32,810 nt of DNA from a bacterium (lineage in GTDB: Bacteria; Patescibacteriota; JACMRA01), in the NCBI GenBank assembly GCA_043765655.1, contig JAYUIW010000015.1, positions 1 through 32,810 of the forward strand, read 5' to 3'. This document shows positions 26,550 through 32,810 of the stretch, piece after piece. Below the pieces are notes generated by a model. It was not told where the DNA came from, did not search any database, and was given only the letters and a program-made list of their open reading frames with translations. Position 1 is the stretch's first letter. Every line of letters begins with the position of its first letter. Position numbers and translations under genes: made by a program.

Positions 26550-27462
26550 AGACCTATTTCCCAATTCATAAAAATTGTTCATAATTGTAGGTATGGATTA
26601 CTACAACAAATATAAACAGTATAAAGATGACAAATTCCTGCGTTTAGTTGGCTTAAACAAGAAAAAATTCGAGATAATTGTAATAGAATTTTTGGACTAT
26701 GTAAATCTAAATACTAACAAAGATTGGAGTCCAAGAGGTAAAAAAGCTAGTTTTAAATTGGTTGACAAACTGCTTTTGACGATGAGATATCTTCGAGATT
26801 ATCCAACTTTTATCGTTCTAGGTCTGGAATTCGGAATTAGCGAAAGCTACGCCAACAAAATATTTAACAAAGTCAGTAAAACTCTCCCAAAACTACCAAG
26901 TCTCAAACTACCAAACCTTAATAATCTTGATGAAAAAGTCCTTGAAAGAGTGATTATCGATGTTAGCGAACAAAAAACTGAGCGTCCAAAAAAAACAAAA
27001 TTCAAAAACTAAAATACAGCGGAAAACAAAAAACTCATACCGAAAAGGCTTTAGTTTGTTACTCTACAGACCTCAAACAAATACTGAGTATTGACACAGA
27101 TTTTAGAAGTGTTCATGATTTTAAGATGTTCAAAAAATCAAAGATTTGGCAGTATAAAGTTGTCAATCAAGCCAATAATCAAGAGTTTGATCTTGGGTTT
27201 TTGGGTGTCAAAAGCTATCTTCCAAATGCCAAAATTCCTCACAAAAAATCAAAAAACAAACCACTTACAGACGATCAAAAAAAGTACAACAAACTCCTCT
27301 CACAAACCAGAGTAAAGATAGAAAACATTAACCGAGAAATCAAAATATTCAGAGTTTGCAAAGAAACTAGACGCCAAAAACAAAAGAAACACAATCTTTT
27401 TTGGAATTTAGTCGCTGGAATAGTTAATCTCAAGCTGAGGTCGTGAATTGGGAAAGAGATCT
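26550..27462 (+). mobile_element. IS5-family (ISL2/IS702-like) insertion sequence, ~913 bp
   Basis: Terminal IRs AGACCTATTTCCCAATTCA vs reverse complement AGATCTCTTTCCCAATTCA (2 mismatches); AAT on both flanks as possible TSD. Confidence 0.9.
26593..27446 (+). CDS. DDE transposase in two ORFs joined by a -1 frameshift
   Basis: ORF1 LLLTMRYLRDYPTF..LG.EFGISES, IIDVSE, ERPKK; A8 at 26988-26995; -1 frame continues QKLKYSGKQKTHT, VHDF, DLGFLG, RVKIEN. Confidence 0.88.
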
Positions 27463-27528
27463 AATAATTACGATTCATTACCAAGGTTGATATGAGGATG
27501 GATGGAGTGGAGTAGTTTTTATAAAAAA

Positions 27529-28971
27529 CTAATTTATAATTCCTCCATTTTTCTTTAGATAGCTAATTCCGTCTTTTCCATTTATTGTTCCACCATTGAC
27601 TTTACTACATATTACAAATGCACCGCTTGTTATATTTACCACTCCATCATTAATTATATCAAGATGAACTGTTACTCCACTCGCTATATTTACCGTTCCA
27701 CCGTTTATTCTATCCATTTTTAGAATACCATTTCCAGATATATTAATAACTCCTCCAGTGATTATATCAAGATTATTTATTTTTGAAACATCTATTTCAT
27801 GATTTCCCTCATTTATTATTGAACCATTTTCAATCGGACCTGAATTTTCTGATCTATTAAAACTAACTTTATCACCAATTACAACATTACCCATGACCAT
27901 ATCTTCCATAAAAATTCCTCCTCGATAATTAAAAGAAGAACTGCCGATTGAAACTCCACCGTTAGAATTAATAGTCGGTTTTTTGGTACCCAGTCTAATT
28001 GCCTCTTCTTCAGAGATTAATTCAGGCTCAACAATAACTCCATTTTTTCGATAAGTTGTTACTCCATTTACTTGATAAATACTAACTCCTTGAGGCATCT
28101 TGTAGTATCTAAGAACACCGTTACTAAGATTAATTGTAACTCCGTTCATAGTCATATTTATACTACTACTTGTTGGATAACCGGTATATTCATATTTTTT
28201 GTTATTTTCTTCAGTTTTAGGTTTATTTTTATTTTCGATTTCATCGTTTATAATTTTGAGTTGTTCAACAATTTTTACAAGATCATCATCTGTTGAATTT
28301 TTTAAAGAGTAATAAATTTTTGGGACAATGTTAACAAGTAAATCTTTTAGTAAGTCCTCAACACTTTTTTCTCCAAGCTTAACTCTGTTACTTACTTCGA
28401 ATAACCAAACTCCGCATTTTGAATAGACTTTGTTGAGATTGTTGACTTCAACTTCGGATAAAGCCCCACTTTCTAGTTTTTCTTTAATTCCATTGAATAA
28501 TAATTTAATAAATTCTAATAGTTGTTTTGATTCTTGATTGCCACCTAAAGTTTCAACATCAGATAATAGTCTAACTATTCCATCAGTATTTTTTGATAAT
28601 TCTTTTGATTCAGGAGTTTGAATTTTTTTATTTTCTAAAATTGCTGGAGCGTATACAACGAACAAGTTCTGAATCTCGTTAAGTTTTGATAATTCAACAC
28701 TTTCATCTAAACCAGTTTTTTGAGGTAGCTCTAAAGCAATTAGCTTGTTAAATAATTTTTTTGTATAGTATTCTAATTGTTCCTGCTCTCTTGTATTTCT
28801 AACTCTTCTACCCCCCCCATTTAGTTCATCATAAATTTGATTCATGGTTGACTGAAGCTGCCCTGAAAAAATTCTATTTGATTCAAAAGCTCCATCTGGA
28901 TGAAGAAATAAACTTACTTGTCTATAGATTAATTTTGGGTTAAATTGTTGTGATTTTTCTTGATTTTGCAT
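27529..28971 (-). CDS. Hypothetical protein with N-terminal J-domain-like HPD segment and C-terminal beta-repeat region
   Basis: YRQVSLFLHPD...MNQIYDEL; repeats GGVINI, GGTVNI, DGVVNI, GGTIN. Confidence 0.6.
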   Translation of the reverse strand: MQNQEKSQQFNPKLIYRQVSLFLHPDGAFESNRIFSGQLQSTMNQIYDELNGGGRRVRNTREQEQLEYYTKKLFNKLIALELPQKTGLDESVELSKLNEIQNLFVVYAPAILENKKIQTPESKELSKNTDGIVRLLSDVETLGGNQESKQLLEFIKLLFNGIKEKLESGALSEVEVNNLNKVYSKCGVWLFEVSNRVKLGEKSVEDLLKDLLVNIVPKIYYSLKNSTDDDLVKIVEQLKIINDEIENKNKPKTEENNKKYEYTGYPTSSSINMTMNGVTINLSNGVLRYYKMPQGVSIYQVNGVTTYRKNGVIVEPELISEEEAIRLGTKKPTINSNGGVSIGSSSFNYRGGIFMEDMVMGNVVIGDKVSFNRSENSGPIENGSIINEGNHEIDVSKINNLDIITGGVINISGNGILKMDRINGGTVNIASGVTVHLDIINDGVVNITSGAFVICSKVNGGTINGKDGISYLKKNGGIIN

Positions 28972-29006
28972 AAAAATAGTATTTATAATTAATGATTAAC
29001 CAATTT

Positions 29007-29035
29007 AGTATACTACATATTTTATACAATGTCAA
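29007..29035 (-). promoter_or_regulatory. sigma70 promoter
   Basis: TTGACA (29035-29030), 17 bp, TATACT (29012-29007). Confidence 0.75.
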
Positions 29036-29048
29036 ATCTCCTTATTCC

Positions 29049-30917
29049 CTACTCTACCGTGACGCTTTTGGCGAGATTGCGTGGCTTGTCGACGTCTAAT
29101 CCGTTGAGTACACTGCAATGATATGCGAACAGCTGGAGAACTACATTATTGACGATTGGTTGTAGATATTCGCTGGTTTTGGGGACGACGATATAATCAT
29201 TGACCATATTAATCAGGTCGCTTTCTGGGTCTGTGAGTACAGCGATTACTTTGCCTTTGCGGGCGATAACTTCCTCGACATTGGACGCCATCTTGGAGTA
29301 CAGACTATCAGATGGAAGTAGTGCAATGGTTGGTTTAGTTTCGTCGATTTGGGCAATGAATCCGTGCTTGAGTTCGCCTCCACTGAGACCTTCAGCGTGT
29401 GTTTTGTAGCTTATTTCTTTGAGTTTGAGTGCTCCTTCTAGGGCGATTGGGTAGTTGAACTTGCGTCCGAGATAGAATATACTGGTTGATTGGTAGTATC
29501 TACTGGCAATTTCTTTGATTCGGCCATTATTCTCAAGGGCAGTTTTGATTAGTTTTGGTAGTTCTTTGATCTCAGTCAGGAATTCTTGACCATCAGCGAG
29601 AGACATATTACGAAGTCTTGCAAGGTACACAGCGTGCATTAGTAGTATCAGAGCCTGCGATGCAAAAGCCTTGGTGGAAGCCACACTAATCTCTGGACCA
29701 ATGTGATTGTAGACACCAGCATCAGTAATTCTAGCGATTGTCGAACCGACGCTATTAACGATTCCTGTAACCAGAGCTCCTTTTTGTTTTGCTTCTTGAA
29801 TGCTCGAGATTGTATCCGCAGTTTCGCCACTTTGGGACAGAGCGATTACCCAAGTATTCTCATCAATACAGTTAGATTTGTATTTGAATTCTGGGCTCAT
29901 CTCGGCTTTGGCAGTGATTCCCACGATATCCTCGAAGAACATTTCGCCTAGTTTGCACGAATAAAACGAAGTTCCAATTCCAAGCAGAATTACCTTGTTT
30001 ATACTGGCCATCCTGTCTTTGACATCGATAAGACCACCGAATACAACATTGCCATTCTCAATGTCCACTCTACCACGAATTGACTCGATTATAGATTGTG
30101 GTTGTTCCATTATTTCTTTGATCAAAAAATGCTCCCAGCCTTCCTTGGTCGCTTGTTCATCGTTCCAATCTACGGTTTGAATTGGCTTAAAGACTTTGTT
30201 GTTCTTGAAGTCGTGAATATGAAAATCACCGTTCTCAATGTCCACTAATTCCTCATCTTCAAGATAAATCACATTTTTGGTTTTGTTGATAATTGCACTG
30301 ACATCACTAGCGATAATAATCTCGTTGCGACTAACTCCATCCGGAGATTCCAAAGCTGACCCAACACCTAGAACTAGTGGCGAGCCTTTTTTGGTAGCGA
30401 TAATTCGCTCTGGATAATCCTTGTGAATAACTGCGAAGGCGAACGCTCCCTCCAGATGACTAACTGCCTCTAACACAGCTTCTTTGAGATCGGTTGTAAA
30501 GAACTTAGCAATTAAGTGAGCGATAACTTCAGTATCAGTTCGTGATTGGAAGACTACACCTTCAGATTCTAACTTGACCTTAATTGACTTATAATTCTCG
30601 ATAATTCCGTTATGAACTACAGCAATTTTGCCATCGTAGGAGATGTGAGGGTGAGCATTGACTTCGCTTGGTTCGCCGTGAGTTGCCCAGCGTGTATGTG
30701 CAATTCCAGTATTCAGAGATTTTACACCTTGAGTATTGACCTTGTTCTCCAGCTCCGCCACCTTACCAGTTGCCTTGATGATATCCAAATCCCCACTTGG
30801 ACTGACAACTGCAACTCCAGCAGAGTCATAACCACGATATTCTAACCTCTTGAGCCCAGCAATTAGTGTATCTACAACTTCGGTATTATCACCATAAAAT
30901 CCAACAATTCCGCACAT
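29049..30917 (-). CDS. glmS: Glutamine--fructose-6-phosphate aminotransferase
   Basis: MCGIVG, LEYRGYDSAG, HTRWATHG, SQSGETAD, ASTKAF, PRNLAKSVTVE. Confidence 0.98.
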   Translation of the reverse strand: MCGIVGFYGDNTEVVDTLIAGLKRLEYRGYDSAGVAVVSPSGDLDIIKATGKVAELENKVNTQGVKSLNTGIAHTRWATHGEPSEVNAHPHISYDGKIAVVHNGIIENYKSIKVKLESEGVVFQSRTDTEVIAHLIAKFFTTDLKEAVLEAVSHLEGAFAFAVIHKDYPERIIATKKGSPLVLGVGSALESPDGVSRNEIIIASDVSAIINKTKNVIYLEDEELVDIENGDFHIHDFKNNKVFKPIQTVDWNDEQATKEGWEHFLIKEIMEQPQSIIESIRGRVDIENGNVVFGGLIDVKDRMASINKVILLGIGTSFYSCKLGEMFFEDIVGITAKAEMSPEFKYKSNCIDENTWVIALSQSGETADTISSIQEAKQKGALVTGIVNSVGSTIARITDAGVYNHIGPEISVASTKAFASQALILLMHAVYLARLRNMSLADGQEFLTEIKELPKLIKTALENNGRIKEIASRYYQSTSIFYLGRKFNYPIALEGALKLKEISYKTHAEGLSGGELKHGFIAQIDETKPTIALLPSDSLYSKMASNVEEVIARKGKVIAVLTDPESDLINMVNDYIVVPKTSEYLQPIVNNVVLQLFAYHCSVLNGLDVDKPRNLAKSVTVE

Positions 30918-31036
30918 AAAAAAATAAAGTAAAATGTTTAATAAAAATAAAAATAATTCTTTTAATAATGGATAATATTGAGGATGATGTCAAGGATAGA
31001 ATCGCCAAAATTGGAATAAACAACCATCTAATTTCC

Positions 31037-31924
31037 TCAAAACAGTTTAGAAATAGTTGAAGCTTGGTTCTGATATTTTAGTAATCTTTCGTACAATTCC
31101 TTGTCTTTTTTGATAAAGTCTGTTTCATCTTCAGAATTTTTTGTATTTTTCCCACAGATATAATACTTGTTGCGACGCGAAGATCGTCCATCATTGTAGA
31201 ATTCTCGCCTAAGTTCCAAGTTAGCATTCGCTAAGTATTCCTTAATTTCTACAACCTCAAAACTATGCGAATATCGGTAAGATTTAGTAACTTTGATCCA
31301 ATCTAGGATATTATCGCCATGCTCTAGTTCATTCTTATTAATGTTCAAGCTTCTTAGAACCTCTTGAGATTCCAGTGTACCGAGATCCAAAACTCGCTTA
31401 CTGAGTCTAGAACTATTCATATATTCCCAAGTTGTAAACACCAAAATTCCGTTCTCAGACAACAATTCGGAGACTTCTTTGATAAAGTTATTGCGAATCT
31501 CAACGCTGGGAATATGATGTATCAAACCAAAAAGTACAATACAATCGAACTTTTGAGACTTTAGCTTATCCAAATCCTTAAGAATATCAATATTCAACAA
31601 TTCCAAATTCTCAAAACTACCACTTATTTCTTTGTCAAAATTATCAAGAAACTCATTCGAAAAATCAACACCTGTATAACTAGTTCGTTGCAAGAATTCA
31701 GGTTGCAAATTCTGCCTTAAAAAGTTGGCGAATCTAGCGTTACCACAACCGAGATCAAGGAATTTTATAGTTCTAGAATTAGAATATAGTTGTTCAAAGT
31801 TTACAACAAGATCGAACCAACCTTGCCAAGAATAATCTTGACTTTGATTCCAAATCTTGGAGCCAACTTGATCGTAGAATTTTTGATTAAGATTATTCAG
31901 ATTATTAATTGTCTCTTGATTCAT
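31037..31924 (-). CDS. Class I SAM-dependent methyltransferase
   Basis: FLDLGCGNAR, GVDFS, FDCIVLFGLIHHIP; ATGA overlap with the upstream NUDIX stop supports start 31924. Confidence 0.9.
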   Translation of the reverse strand: MNQETINNLNNLNQKFYDQVGSKIWNQSQDYSWQGWFDLVVNFEQLYSNSRTIKFLDLGCGNARFANFLRQNLQPEFLQRTSYTGVDFSNEFLDNFDKEISGSFENLELLNIDILKDLDKLKSQKFDCIVLFGLIHHIPSVEIRNNFIKEVSELLSENGILVFTTWEYMNSSRLSKRVLDLGTLESQEVLRSLNINKNELEHGDNILDWIKVTKSYRYSHSFEVVEIKEYLANANLELRREFYNDGRSSRRNKYYICGKNTKNSEDETDFIKKDKELYERLLKYQNQASTISKLF

Positions 31925-32427
31925 ACTTTTTGAATTATTTGCCAATTGTCTGGGTACAAAAAACCTTGATTATAAAACTCTTCAACTTCTGATATTGCAA
32001 AAAACCCACACTCACTATTTTCGTTATTTATCTTAATTCTTGGTATCAAATCATCACTTAACTCGTACACAAAAACTGATAACAAAGTTCTAAAAGTATC
32101 TTCTCGGTAAGTATAAAAATGATTTTTGCTACAAATATATTCTAGACTATCAGCATCTAATTCCAAAGTTAATTCTTCCTTTATTTCTCGAATTAGAGCC
32201 TTTTCCGAGGTTTCTGTATTTTCCACGAATCCAGCGATAATTGCCCACTGTCCTTTGCCAGGATTAATATTCCGCTTCGCCAAAAAAACCTTATTATTAT
32301 TAGTCAAAACTACTCCAACAGTGGCTTTGGGATTATCATAAAACTCAGTATTACAAGAATTACAAACTTTGTATGATTCTTTGGCGATAATATCATTAGA
32401 TCCACATTTAGAACAGTAATTAATCAT
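31921..32427 (-). CDS. NUDIX hydrolase with N-terminal zinc ribbon
   Basis: CSKCG..CNSC; GFVENTETSEKALIREIKEEL Nudix box. Confidence 0.9.
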   Translation of the reverse strand: MINYCSKCGSNDIIAKESYKVCNSCNTEFYDNPKATVGVVLTNNNKVFLAKRNINPGKGQWAIIAGFVENTETSEKALIREIKEELTLELDADSLEYICSKNHFYTYREDTFRTLLSVFVYELSDDLIPRIKINNENSECGFFAISEVEEFYNQGFLYPDNWQIIQKV

Positions 32428-32430
32428 AAG

Positions 32431-32810
32431 CTAAACATTATTCCAATCAAAATTAGTATTGTTTTGAAAGGTTGGGTAAGTCGGTAATATGTCCAAATAA
32501 TTAGAACTTCCATTGTCATAATAAGTTCCTCCATAGTTATTGTCATAAATACCTCCCAAGGTTCCAAAACCTGTATAATTCCCAGATCCTCCACCGAATC
32601 CTCCAAAATATCCATAACTACTGCCAATGTACAAGCTTCCATCAGAGTTATATTTGCAACCCTCTAAGCTAGAACTACCAGGAATTACCACGAAGCAAGT
32701 TGTGTAATTATCAGTGGAATAATAACTTCCATAATATCCATAATTAGAACTAGAGCCGTTATTAATGCTGTAATTAGTTGTAATGTTGCACTTGCGAATA
32801 TTCTCACTGT
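32431..32810 (-). CDS. 3' end of a Gly/Tyr/Asn-rich protein, truncated by the window edge
   Basis: Frame of ORF 32431-32691 stays open to the window end. Confidence 0.6.
   Translation of the reverse strand, partial: SENIRKCNITTNYSINNGSSSNYGYYGSYYSTDNYTTCFVVIPGSSSLEGCKYNSDGSLYIGSSYGYFGGFGGGSGNYTGFGTLGGIYDNNYGGTYYDNGSSNYLDILPTYPTFQNNTNFDWNNV

Noticed and set aside
30918-31036. glmS ribozyme
   Set aside because: The predicted leader is about 40 nt, AU-rich and shows no structured core
396-32642. Short ORFs overlapping larger genes (e.g. 1302-1511, 13828-14307, 14877-15329, 21018-21287, 32424-32642)
   Set aside because: Antisense or alternate-frame shadows of well-supported genes with no recognisable motifs
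1-32810. tRNA or rRNA genes, prophage
   Set aside because: No cloverleaf, rRNA-like segment or phage hallmark gene recognised

Overview
AT-rich (about one-third GC by eye) bacterial chromosome segment in the standard genetic code. Gene content, AT-rich start regions without obvious Shine-Dalgarno sites and small accessory genes suggest a Patescibacteria/CPR-like organism (inference). Recognisable core genes are rnpB, rpsA, glmS, pyrC, an FKBP PPIase, an M23 peptidase and a MarR-led MacAB-like ABC efflux operon. There is also an intact-looking IS5-family element and many REP-like palindromes. Most notable observations: (1) two ribosome-associated GTPases occur as clean fragments, namely Der (with an inserted HAD phosphatase, cut inside GD2) and a stand-alone TypA/BipA domain II-III gene with its own promoter and terminator, suggesting split genes; (2) an orphan PemK/MazF-like toxin faces a predicted convergent ~50-nt RNA with a consensus promoter, two hairpins and a terminator, a candidate RNA antitoxin; (3) a four-helix-bundle gene is bracketed by inverted heptamer arrays; (4) several promoters are placed for leaderless mRNAs; (5) the RNase P RNA looks like a reduced A/B mosaic. 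All assignments come from motif recognition by eye; no searches were run.
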